From positions 1,439,528-1,463,527 of the forward strand of contig CAWAJO010000001.1 in the NCBI GenBank assembly GCA_963782385.1: a stretch of DNA of 24,000 nt. Direction: 5' to 3'. Origin of the DNA: an uncultured beta proteobacterium. GTDB taxonomy: Bacteria > Pseudomonadota > Gammaproteobacteria > Burkholderiales > Gallionellaceae. Shown here piece by piece: positions 1 through 8,299 of the stretch. The first letter of the stretch is position 1, and each line of letters opens with the position of its first letter. Position numbers and translations under genes: made by a program. A model generated the notes under the pieces. That model was not told the DNA's origin and made no database searches. It saw only the letters and a program-made list of their open reading frames with translations.

Positions 1-143
1 CGTGCGACACATGATAAAGCGTTCTTTGCCACAGTGAGATGTTTTCGGTCATCCGGGCCGGCTGCACTCTGACAGCTACTCGGCAACGGGGCAGGTTCTC
101 ACGGCACACACGGCATTTACACCGGATAATGCGCCGACGTATC

Positions 144-494
144 ATGCAGGAAATCTCCGATCAACGGGTATTGGATTGGATGCAGTCCAAGATGCCGGTT
201 TTTATCAACGTTAACAAGGCGAATATGGACGAGAGGGATTCTAAAACGGCCACCGCAGCGGAAGGTGGCATTGAGCGTCGTGTCCAGCACAACCTGCGCC
301 TGATCTTTGACGATTCCTGCCGCATGACTGCTGCATTCTTCGATCCGGCGCAGAATTGGGGAGATTCATCGCTTACGCTGTACGCACGGCAAACCTTGCG
401 CGACGCCTACCCGGAATTGACCCAGCAGGAGATCGCTATTTTATTCTCCGGCGTGGTGCAATTCCATAAGCAACGATCAGGTGGCCACAAGTGA
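144..494 (+). CDS. hypothetical protein (start uncertain; frame is open from 39, alternative ATG at 129)
   Basis: Open frame ending at TGA 492-494. No convincing Shine-Dalgarno site before any candidate start. No family recognised from the translation (…LTLYARQTLRDAYPELTQQEIAILFSGVVQFHKQ…). Confidence 0.4.
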   Translation: MQEISDQRVLDWMQSKMPVFINVNKANMDERDSKTATAAEGGIERRVQHNLRLIFDDSCRMTAAFFDPAQNWGDSSLTLYARQTLRDAYPELTQQEIAILFSGVVQFHKQRSGGHK

Positions 495-600
495 ATTTCC
501 AGCTTTCCCTGCCAGCCAAACGGGGATGCCGCACAGGACAACCGGGCTACCCGCCAGGATCAGCGAATGCCAGGCTCCATTCCCCGTTTTCACCGCCGGA

Positions 601-1323
601 TCAGGGCTGCGCAAGCGATGTGCCCAGCCTGCGCAGCAGGCTGGCGCCATCGCCTGACCATGCGCTGCCATGCATGCAGGCCAGCAAATTTGGCTTGAGC
701 TGCGCCAGCTTGTCGATCATTCGCGAGGTGTCGCGGCTGTGAGAGTAATAATCCATCTGCTGTCGAAATGCCTCGCTCGGCCCAAAGATATCCTCGCTGA
801 CCAGGGGCCGTTCTCCCGTGCCGGGCTGCGTGAACAGATCTCCGCAGAATAGTGTCCCGGTCGTTTCATCGAAGAAGTAGCCGCATTCCCAACCATGCGG
901 CAGATGCGGGGTCGATTGCCACACCAGCTGATGCTTGCCCAGGTTGAGTTTTTGGCCATCGGCCATCGTGATCGGCACGACGTCAACCATATCAGCGACC
1001 GAGATCATCGCCGCCACTTCGCTGCACACGGGCTGGGCTTGCGGTGCTGCCGCCAGAAACTCGGGCAGGCTGCCGCTCTCATCGGCCTCGACATGCGAGA
1101 ACGCGATATAGCGCAGCTTGGATACGGGGAGGACGGTTTCAATCTGTCCGCAAATCTGCGCGAATAATCTTTTCGGACCCGTGTGGAACAGCAGGGGGCT
1201 GTCATCGACCACGAGGTACTGATTGAACGAAAAGCCGCCGGGGATCATGTCCGGCAGTGGGATGCTGATACGATAAGTGTCCGCACAGATCTGGTTGATT
1301 GAGGGATGCGGGGATTGTGTCAT
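601..1323 (-). CDS. MBL-fold metalloprotein with a flavodiiron/ODP-like H-x-E-x-D motif variant
   Basis: ATG at 1323 is preceded by AAGGAG (revcomp of ctcctt, about 1330-1335). Motifs FSHVEADESGSL, TPHLPHG, FCGDLF and CMHGS have the spacing of a beta-lactamase-fold metal site. The 283-aa track ORF carries an Arg/Ala-rich N-terminal extension that I trimmed. Confidence 0.75.
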   Translation of the reverse strand: MTQSPHPSINQICADTYRISIPLPDMIPGGFSFNQYLVVDDSPLLFHTGPKRLFAQICGQIETVLPVSKLRYIAFSHVEADESGSLPEFLAAAPQAQPVCSEVAAMISVADMVDVVPITMADGQKLNLGKHQLVWQSTPHLPHGWECGYFFDETTGTLFCGDLFTQPGTGERPLVSEDIFGPSEAFRQQMDYYSHSRDTSRMIDKLAQLKPNLLACMHGSAWSGDGASLLRRLGTSLAQP

Positions 1324-1949
1324 GATCTTCTCCTTGAACCGGTGTTGGATCGGCTTGCTGGCGTTGGTTCGATAACCGCCAGCAAACACTGAACGAGAAC
1401 GCGGCGCGCCGCAGCGCGAGGCAAGCGGTGCCCGCGCACCATGCGTTGCCACAAGTCGAAGGACAGAATGGACTCCCAGGCTGCGACCATATCCCGCCGC
1501 ACACCGGTTCCCAGATGACGCGCCAGCACTTTTGCGACCAATGCGGACTGCATCTGGCGGAAGCCGTCAACCATCCCGGCCAGGAACGGAAGCACCCGAT
1601 CTTCGCGCCATGTAAACCAGGGCTCGAAATGCAGGTGCTGCTGCTCCATTGCCGCCACCAGCAACCGGGCTGCGGCGGGCAGGTCGGGCGCGGCCAGGAT
1701 CTTCTCGAGCGGCATCGGCGGCGCCTTGGCAATGACGTGCGAGGTGCAGCCTTCGAGCAGTTCATCCTGTGTCGGGAAGTGCTTGTACACCGTGGGCAGT
1801 GACACGCCTGCGTGTCTGGCGATGTCGGCGTAACTGGTCGCGATGACGCCCTTGGCTGCATGCAGTTCGACCGTGGCGGCCGCGATGCCGGCTTTCAGCT
1901 CGGCCTGTTGCCGGCGGCGTGTTTCGATGTTGTAGGCCCTGGTTTTCAA
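1320..1949 (-). CDS. TetR/AcrR family transcriptional regulator
   Basis: N-terminal helix-turn-helix …SYADIARHAGVSLPTVYKHFPTQDELL… is typical of TetR. TTG start at 1949 follows AGGAG with about 8 nt spacing. The stop (1320-1322) overlaps the ATG of the downstream MBL gene (ATGA). Confidence 0.85.
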   Translation of the reverse strand: MKTRAYNIETRRRQQAELKAGIAAATVELHAAKGVIATSYADIARHAGVSLPTVYKHFPTQDELLEGCTSHVIAKAPPMPLEKILAAPDLPAAARLLVAAMEQQHLHFEPWFTWREDRVLPFLAGMVDGFRQMQSALVAKVLARHLGTGVRRDMVAAWESILSFDLWQRMVRGHRLPRAAARRVLVQCLLAVIEPTPASRSNTGSRRRS

Positions 1950-1975
1950 CGGGATGACTCCTGCCTGCGGTGTTA

Positions 1976-2001
1976 TTTAATTTAAGTATACATAAAATTA
2001 A
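1976..2001. promoter_or_regulatory. AT-rich imperfect palindrome centred on GTATAC; candidate TetR operator/promoter region
   Basis: 10 of 13 positions pair around the centre at 1988/1989 (TTTAATTTAAGTATACATAAAATTAA). It lies 27-52 nt upstream of the tetR start, in the only AT-rich patch of this intergenic region. Confidence 0.3.
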
Positions 2002-2099
2002 ATGAAATGCAAGCGCATTGTTGAAACAAGGTATGAGGCGAGTTCCAGCGGAGGAGCGCGGTTCTCGATCCGGCACGGTGAAGCATCAACTCCGTTCGT

Positions 2100-2226
2100 G
2101 CTGCGCGCAGCCGGCATAGCCGGCGAAGCATGCCCTGCGTACCATCGAACGGTCGAAGCACCAACTGCATCGTTTCGACTTCGCTTCGCTCAAGGCGAAC
2201 GGACCGCTTCGACAAAGTCGGGACAG
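2100..2226. repeat. GC-rich structured intergenic element (REP-like)
   Basis: Hairpin GCCGGC-ata-GCCGGC (2110-2124). 8-bp inverted arms GTCGAAGC (2152-2159) / GCTTCGAC (2206-2213). Direct repeat CGAACGG (2146-2152, 2196-2202). The element yields only spurious ORFs. Confidence 0.3.
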
Positions 2227-2249
2227 GCTTTAAATATCATCGGGCCGGA

Positions 2250-3917
2250 TCAATGGGTCCCGGGGCTATCGGGCTCCGTCTCCAGTTTCCGCAGCAGATG
2301 TCCATAAGCCGCCAGGGTCTGCAGGCGTGTGTCGGTAACCGCCCCGCCGACCGTGAAGTGGTACATGCACTGCAGCGACAGGTTTTGGATGCCGGCCAGG
2401 TCATGCACGCCGTCGTCAAAATAGCAGCCGATTCCGGTGCCGCGCACATTCGCCGCTTCGGCTTCAAGATAGAGCACTTGCCCCAGCATGCCGGCTTCCC
2501 AAAACAGTTGCCGGTACACCCACGGGCTTGATGCCAGGTTAGCCTGATACTCGGCCAGCATGCCGAGGCTGAAAGCGCCGTCTGCGGCAATGTCCTGGTG
2601 GCAGGACAGGACGCGCGATGCACTTTGCGCATTGCCGCTGAGCAACCGCAACAGCGAGAAATGTGCGGGACAGTCTGTGATGGGCAGCCACTCGAACTCG
2701 GCGGACATTTGCGTGCGCAGTGTTGCTTCCACATGCGCGTTGCGCAAAAAGACATACAGGCCGGGTGCGATGTCCTCCACCCGATGGACGAACAGCAGCA
2801 GATGGATGCGGGGTTCCCACGCAATGGTGTCCCATGGCGCCACGCCGGCGCGCGGCAGGGTCATGTCCAGCATGCGATAGAATTGCGTTGCGGAAATTGA
2901 TGTGCTGGCGTCGAATTCCTGGGCGCTGCGGCGCTGTTTGATGATTTCGGCAGCACCGAGCTTGCATGCGCTGTGGATCGGGGCGGGCAGGGCCGGTGCC
3001 GGCCAAGCTGTGTGCGGGGTGCGCGGTTTGCGGCAGGCGTCAGCCACTGCGTCGATCACCGGCCATGGCTGCGGCGGGTGGGGTGACAGCACATTGGCGC
3101 GGCCTTGCCAGATGCCGCCCTGTGTCGCGCGCACCAGCGCGTCAGCGGCAAACCCGGCTGCGTCGGCATCCGCACCCATTGTCGTTACCTGCAGCAGGAT
3201 GTCGGGGTGTTCGCGCTCCGCCGCGCCGAAATCCGCCTCCCGCTCCACCCCCAGGATTGCGCCTGCATCCGCATCGCTCCAGGCGTCGAGCAAATGGACT
3301 TGCCAGCCCAGCATGGCAGCCGCATAGCGCAGCGCGGCAATCGCATGGCCCGCGTCATGCTGGCAATAACGATAGGCGCGTTCGCCATATTTCCATGCTT
3401 CGCGCCAATGGATCGAGGTCAGCCCGACCAGGAAGGTCGCGGGCGGCAGCATGGGCGCGCCGGCGTGCGCAGGCAGCGCGAAGCGGCAGCGCTGTTCCAG
3501 CAGGTGGTCGCGGCTCAGGTAGTGATGGACGCCGTCAGCAATGCCGACGCATCCCTGCACCGCCAGATATGCCTCAGTCGGGTGGAGATTGCCGCTGGAC
3601 GGGTTGCAGCGCAGTGCCCAGCGGCTGTCGCCGTATTGCTTCCATGCAGACAGGCCGAAGGAGAGTTCCAGCAGCGCCGCAATGTTGGGCAACGTGAATG
3701 CCTGTGGCGCGATCGCCCCGGGCCGGTATAGCTCAGCATAGCGCGGCTGCGCTCCCGCGCCCAGCAAAGGCAGTTCCAGCAGCGCACTGCCTGCAAAGGT
3801 GCGGAAGGGATTCGGCTGGTTTTTCCAGTCCAACCCGTCGGGCCCGGCAGCATAGCGATGAAATTGGTGCTTGGTGCGCTGGTGGTAATCGAGCAGGATT
3901 GCGAGCGGGGTTTTCAT
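2250..3917 (-). CDS. SagB/ThcOx-type dehydrogenase, tandem nitroreductase-fold protein (555 aa)
   Basis: N-terminus LDYHQRTKHQFHRYAAGPDGLDWKNQPNPFRTF and C-terminal …GTGIGCYFDD… are characteristic of SagB-type nitroreductase domains. The length fits two such domains. Codon usage is GC3-rich. Confidence 0.8.
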   Translation of the reverse strand: MKTPLAILLDYHQRTKHQFHRYAAGPDGLDWKNQPNPFRTFAGSALLELPLLGAGAQPRYAELYRPGAIAPQAFTLPNIAALLELSFGLSAWKQYGDSRWALRCNPSSGNLHPTEAYLAVQGCVGIADGVHHYLSRDHLLEQRCRFALPAHAGAPMLPPATFLVGLTSIHWREAWKYGERAYRYCQHDAGHAIAALRYAAAMLGWQVHLLDAWSDADAGAILGVEREADFGAAEREHPDILLQVTTMGADADAAGFAADALVRATQGGIWQGRANVLSPHPPQPWPVIDAVADACRKPRTPHTAWPAPALPAPIHSACKLGAAEIIKQRRSAQEFDASTSISATQFYRMLDMTLPRAGVAPWDTIAWEPRIHLLLFVHRVEDIAPGLYVFLRNAHVEATLRTQMSAEFEWLPITDCPAHFSLLRLLSGNAQSASRVLSCHQDIAADGAFSLGMLAEYQANLASSPWVYRQLFWEAGMLGQVLYLEAEAANVRGTGIGCYFDDGVHDLAGIQNLSLQCMYHFTVGGAVTDTRLQTLAAYGHLLRKLETEPDSPGTH

Positions 3918-4075
3918 GATTGCTTGGGGGGCTGGATGTACGGTAACACATCCTGGATCGGCATTGACTGGGCGTCGCGTCGGCGCCGCAAATTGAATGG
4001 GTCAGCTTCGCACGACGCCTTGGCTGGACGCGCACGCTTCCCGCACGGGATCTCACACGGCCTCTCCGGGTGCAT

Positions 4076-5545
4076 TCACGACGAACAACTGACCAAAATT
4101 TGCTGTGTCCCTTCCGGCGGCGGTGCGGCATAGCTTTCCATTCCAGGCTGATCGTCGAAAGGGCGGCCGAGCAGGTTCAGCAGTCGTTCGATCTCGGAGT
4201 AATCGCGTTCCTTTTCGGCTTTTTCGATGGCGGCCTGAGCCAGGTAATTGCGCAGGATGTATTTGGGGTTGATGCGATCCATGCGTGCTTTGCGTTCGCT
4301 GTCTGCATCCGGCTGGCGTTGCAGGCGCGAACGATAGGTTGCGGACCATGCATCGAATGCGGCGCGGTCGATGAATTGGTCGCGCAGCCGGCTGTTGTTC
4401 GCATCCGGTGCCGAATTGAAATTGCCCAGACTGCGGAAAAAGTTGGTGTAGTCGAGTTGGCTGGCTTGCATCAGATCCAGCAGCGCCGAGATCAGTGGAA
4501 TATCGTCCTGCGTGGCATCGCTTAACCCCAGCTTGGCTCCCATCAACCCGGTGTAGCGTTCGTAAAAGGCTGGTGCATAGTCATCCAGAATGGTCATGGC
4601 GGATGCTTCAGGGATCAACGGTGACAGGGCCAGCGCCAGGCAGCTCAGGTTCCACAGCCCGACTTGCGGTTGCTGGTCGAAGGCGTAGCGTCCGCGCGAG
4701 TCGGAGTGGTTGCAGATGTAGCCGGGATCATAGGATTCCATGAAGCCGAATGGCCCATAGTCGAAAGTCACCCCGAGTATCGACATGTTGTCGGTGTTCA
4801 TCACGCCATGCGAGAAGCCGACTGCCTGCCATTCCGCCATCAGCCGCGCGGTGCGCCGGGTGACTTGGGTCAGGAATTGCGGGTATTTGTCCTGTGCATC
4901 GACCAGTTCGGGAAAATGCCTGGCGATGACATAGTCGGCGAGCGTGGCAATGTGGTCGTGCTGTCCGCGATGGAAGAACACTTCGAACGAACCGAAGCGC
5001 ACATGCGAAGGCGAGAGGCGGGTAAGCACGGCGGCGGATTCGATGCGCTCGCGATAGACTTCCTCGTCGCTGCCGACGATGCACAGTGCACGGCTGGTGA
5101 GGATGCCCAGTCCGTGCATGGCTTCGGAACCCAGGTATTCGCGGATGGAGGAGCGCAGCACGGCGCGGCCATCTCCCTGCCGGGAATACGGCGTGATGCC
5201 TGCGCCTTTTAGCTGGACATCCCAGAGTTCTCCGGCACCGTTGCGAATCTCGCCCAGCAGGATCGCGCGTCCGTCACCAAGCTGGGGGACGAAGTGGCCG
5301 AACTGGTGTCCCGCATACAGCATGGCCAGCGGCTCGGAACCCGGCAGCAGCCGGTTGCCGATGAAATGTTCGACGAAATCCGCGCAGGCCGCCTCTGTCG
5401 AGTCCATATCAATCAGGTGTGCGGCATTGGGATTGAAGCTGACCAGATAGGGTTGCGGCAGTGGTGTAGGGTGCAGTGGTGTATGAAAGCTCGTCGACAG
5501 GCGGGCGAAGGTGTTTTGAAAATTCAGGTGGTCCAGTTTATTCAT
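4076..5545 (-). CDS. selO: protein adenylyltransferase SelO (YdiU/UPF0061 family)
   Basis: Strong resemblance to E. coli YdiU along the whole length (…GHQFG…QLGDGRAILLGE…LKGAG.TPYSR.GDGRAVLRSSIRE…HGVMNTDNMS…DYGPFGF…) and the C-terminal VSCSS. ATG at 5545 is preceded by GGAG with 7 nt spacing. The track ORF start at 5668 was rejected as an extension. Confidence 0.9.
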   Translation of the reverse strand: MNKLDHLNFQNTFARLSTSFHTPLHPTPLPQPYLVSFNPNAAHLIDMDSTEAACADFVEHFIGNRLLPGSEPLAMLYAGHQFGHFVPQLGDGRAILLGEIRNGAGELWDVQLKGAGITPYSRQGDGRAVLRSSIREYLGSEAMHGLGILTSRALCIVGSDEEVYRERIESAAVLTRLSPSHVRFGSFEVFFHRGQHDHIATLADYVIARHFPELVDAQDKYPQFLTQVTRRTARLMAEWQAVGFSHGVMNTDNMSILGVTFDYGPFGFMESYDPGYICNHSDSRGRYAFDQQPQVGLWNLSCLALALSPLIPEASAMTILDDYAPAFYERYTGLMGAKLGLSDATQDDIPLISALLDLMQASQLDYTNFFRSLGNFNSAPDANNSRLRDQFIDRAAFDAWSATYRSRLQRQPDADSERKARMDRINPKYILRNYLAQAAIEKAEKERDYSEIERLLNLLGRPFDDQPGMESYAAPPPEGTQQILVSCSS

Positions 5546-5725
5546 CGCTGAACTCCGGGAACATGGGATAAGGTCGGAAAACGTCGTGTTGTGCCAATTC
5601 CCCTGGCTCAGCAGGACAACGGGGCAGTTCTTCCAATCAGGTCGGGGGCGAAACGATACTCGATGCAATTTGAGTCCGGCCGCTTGTCGTCATCAACAGG
5701 GAAGTGCGGAAATACCTTTGACTGA

Positions 5726-5750
5726 CACCCCCCGCTATTGCCGGGGGGTG
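5726..5750 (-). terminator. GC-rich hairpin (9-bp stem CACCCCCCG/CGGGGGGTG, 7-nt loop) between the small ORF and selO
   Basis: The perfect inverted repeat is read directly from the sequence. No clear U-tract follows on either strand, so a terminator or attenuator role is tentative. Confidence 0.3.
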
Positions 5751-5766
5751 CTGAAGCAAGCAGCGC

Positions 5767-5859
5767 CTATTTCTCGCCGTTTACCCTTCTATCGTCCATC
5801 ACGATGACAAGAGCGGCGAACAATGGAAGTGACAAGAGAATCAATTCTGTTATGGTCAC
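5767..5859 (-). CDS. candidate small membrane peptide, 30 aa (VTITELILLSLPLFAALVIVMDDRRVNGEK)
   Basis: GTG start at 5859 is preceded by GGAG (5867-5870) with 7 nt spacing. It encodes one hydrophobic helix followed by a charged tail and ends at TAG 5767-5769. It is below the 60-aa cutoff of the ORF track. Confidence 0.35.
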   Translation of the reverse strand: MTITELILLSLPLFAALVIVMDDRRVNGEK

Positions 5860-6214
5860 GGACAATCTCCTCTAAAGTTGTTTGAAATGGCGCTTCAGCC
5901 GGTCAATATTTTGAACTGAAGCCGGGCGAACTTTATCATGAAATACCACAGCAAAATACTGGGAAATTGCCCCTATCACCCTGACAAATATAAGGTTATG
6001 TCTGAGACGCCATTGTGAGAAAACGGGGGCAGTCAGTAAAGGGGCCGCGGCAGACACCTATCAAGATGCCGAAGACCCATTTGAACCCGGTTTCTTCATT
6101 CTCCATCATGTTTGGAGCGGAACCATCCACGATCCAATTCGGGCCTGGCTCCACGAAGTTTGCCGGTTGCTATTCAATTTGATTCACGGCAGAGTAGAAA
6201 GTGAGGATTCAATC

Positions 6215-6838
6215 ATGTCGAAACTCTGCCCCAAAATCATCCTGGAAGGCACGCGCCTTACCTGCAAGACCGAGATCGCTTTTGCGCTCAATGAACATCC
6301 GCGTATCGTCGGTCCGCGCAAGTATCGCTACCACTCGCCGATCATCTCGGCCGAATGGTGTGCCTTTACCAATTTTCCATGGGGACGGGGCTTGATCAAC
6401 TTTGAACCGCAGGAAGAAGAACTGGCCATGGAGACTTACCGGACCTGGGCGCGATTGTTCGAGCTGCAGCGCTACTATTCGTGGATCGTGGACCGCTTCC
6501 ACATCTCCACGCAGATGTATCAATTGAGCAAGAACGGCAAACATTACGATTTCAAGTGGCTGGAAGACCGGTTGCGGCCGATTGGATTTCGCCTGATATT
6601 CTGCACGCGAACGCCGGACTCCTTTGCCGCGGCCAGAGCCGAACGGCTCAAGGTCTCCGGCAAACCGTCGCAGTATGACAACCTGAAGCTGTTCGTGGAC
6701 GAGCAGGAACTCCTGCGCACGTTGATCGCCGTATCCACGCTGCCAACCTTGACGCTGGACATATCCGACAACGATGTCCCGCGCGCAGTCGAAAGGATTG
6801 CGGACTGGCTGGAGCAGACCGGCGGCCTGTATATGTGA
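6215..6838 (+). CDS. P-loop kinase-like protein (thymidylate/deoxynucleoside-kinase-like) with a degenerate Walker A
   Basis: ATG at 6215 is preceded by GAGGA (6203-6207) with 7 nt spacing. The N-terminal KIILEGTRLTCKTE resembles the IxxEGxxGxGK[ST] loop but has Cys in place of the last Gly. VDRFHISTQMYQ resembles the DRxxxS…Y motif of TMPK/dNK kinases. Confidence 0.6.
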   Translation: MSKLCPKIILEGTRLTCKTEIAFALNEHPRIVGPRKYRYHSPIISAEWCAFTNFPWGRGLINFEPQEEELAMETYRTWARLFELQRYYSWIVDRFHISTQMYQLSKNGKHYDFKWLEDRLRPIGFRLIFCTRTPDSFAAARAERLKVSGKPSQYDNLKLFVDEQELLRTLIAVSTLPTLTLDISDNDVPRAVERIADWLEQTGGLYM

Positions 6839-6869
6839 ACGGTCTCGCACCGAGGTATTGATAATCGCA

Positions 6870-7721
6870 ATGATCGAGTCCGCTGTACAAACCTTGTTGG
6901 CAGAAATTGCCGCGGAATTCGCAAAATTGCCCGAAGTCACCGCGGTCGTCCTTGCCGGGTCACGGGGGAACGCGTTTGCCGATGCCGGTTCGGATCTGGA
7001 TTTGTACGTCTACGCCGAGCACGAACCGTCGCAGGCATGGCGTGCCGAGCTGGCGCGCAAGTTGGGCGAACGCGCCAGCATAGGCAACGAATTCTGGGAG
7101 CCAGGCGATGAGTGGCTTGCATTGCGCACCGGCAACGTCGTCGACATCATGTATCGTTCCCCGGCATGGATCGAAGCGCAACTGGATCGTGTGCTGCTGC
7201 GGCATCAGGCGTCAGTCGGCTATAGCACATGCTTCGTCTATAACGTCCTGCACTCGACCATGCTGCATGACCGTGGCAACTGGTTTGCCGCGCTGCGGGC
7301 GAGGGCGCAGCACCCATATCCCGAACCGCTGCGGCGTGCCATCATTGCCAAGAATCATCCGATCCTGCGCAGGACGCTGTCGTCTTATGACCACCAGATT
7401 GTGATGGCAGTGGAGCGCAATGATCAAGTCAGCGTCAACCATCGGATTACGGCGTTGCTGGCCAGCTACTTTGACATCCTGTTTGCCGTAAACCGATTGT
7501 TCCACCCCGGCGAAAAGCGGCTGGTTGCCCATGCGCTGGAAACATGCCCGAAGCACCCGCCGGGCTTTCAAGAACAGGTGCATGAACTGCTGTCGGCGAT
7601 CGCCCCGGCCGGCCAGCCGGATGTGCCTGGGCGTGTCAAGGATTTGCTTGACGGACTGGATGCACTGCTTATCGAAGAACAATTGATCACGGCCGAGCGC
7701 CGGAACCGTGTCCGGCATTGA
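6870..7721 (+). CDS. Pol-beta superfamily nucleotidyltransferase with a helical C-terminal domain (DUF4037-like)
   Basis: LAGSRGNAFADAGSDLDLYVY matches the hG[GS]-x10-DhDh minimal nucleotidyltransferase signature. The gene starts 31 nt after the preceding gene on the same strand. The start was trimmed from 6774 to the ATG at 6870, because the upstream part overlaps the previous gene. Confidence 0.8.
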   Translation: MIESAVQTLLAEIAAEFAKLPEVTAVVLAGSRGNAFADAGSDLDLYVYAEHEPSQAWRAELARKLGERASIGNEFWEPGDEWLALRTGNVVDIMYRSPAWIEAQLDRVLLRHQASVGYSTCFVYNVLHSTMLHDRGNWFAALRARAQHPYPEPLRRAIIAKNHPILRRTLSSYDHQIVMAVERNDQVSVNHRITALLASYFDILFAVNRLFHPGEKRLVAHALETCPKHPPGFQEQVHELLSAIAPAGQPDVPGRVKDLLDGLDALLIEEQLITAERRNRVRH

Positions 7722-7871
7722 CATGTCAGGTGCCGTACTGACAAAACGAAGCATATATTTTGTGTTAGATTGACCGTGCGATTCGATTCCAGATTGGTGA
7801 AGTATCGTAGCTCCGCCAACTGGAGCGGATCGGCGACTCACTATCGAAGCACTTGGGTGGAGGGATGGATC

Positions 7872-8276
7872 ATGATTTTTTCCGATGCAACGTGCAAAGT
7901 GTGGACACCGCGTATTTTGGGCATACTGCGCATCGTTATAGGTTTTCTCTTCCTGCAGCATGGCACGGCAAAACTATTCGGCGTGCCGCATATCGCGATG
8001 TTCGATGGCCTCCAGCTGGTTTCGCTGCTGGGCCTGGCCGGGATACTGGAACTGGTGGGCGGGCTGTTGATGCTGGCAGGCCTGTTCACCCGGTTGACAG
8101 CCTTCATCCTGTCCGGGGAGATGGCGTTTGCGTACTTCATGGCGCACGCTCCGCAGGGCCTCCTGCCCATCCTGAACCAGGGTGAACTGGCCGTCGTGTA
8201 TTGCTTCGTCTTTCTCTATTTCTCGGTTGCCGGGGCGGGAGCCTACAGTATCGATGCTGTGCGCAACCAGGCATGA
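7872..8276 (+). CDS. DoxX family membrane protein
   Basis: …RIVIGFLFLQHGTAKLFG… plus four hydrophobic segments is typical of DoxX. GGAGGG lies 7 nt upstream of the ATG at 7872. Confidence 0.85.
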   Translation: MIFSDATCKVWTPRILGILRIVIGFLFLQHGTAKLFGVPHIAMFDGLQLVSLLGLAGILELVGGLLMLAGLFTRLTAFILSGEMAFAYFMAHAPQGLLPILNQGELAVVYCFVFLYFSVAGAGAYSIDAVRNQA

Positions 8277-8299
8277 ACGATCGCCGGAAAGAACGTCAA

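Noticed and set aside
2237-3853. Numerous 60-240-aa ORFs in other frames across the nitroreductase gene (for example 2966-3697 plus, 2539-3006 minus)
   Set aside because: All lie inside a 555-aa gene with clear family motifs. Their translations are Arg/Pro/Ala-rich noise.
5872-6057. 61-codon minus-strand ORF ending just before the SD of the 30-codon ORF
   Set aside because: It has a GTG start without any SD. Third positions are strongly A/T-biased, unlike genes in this window, and the region is probably promoter/leader DNA. It was kept only as context for the small-ORF finding.
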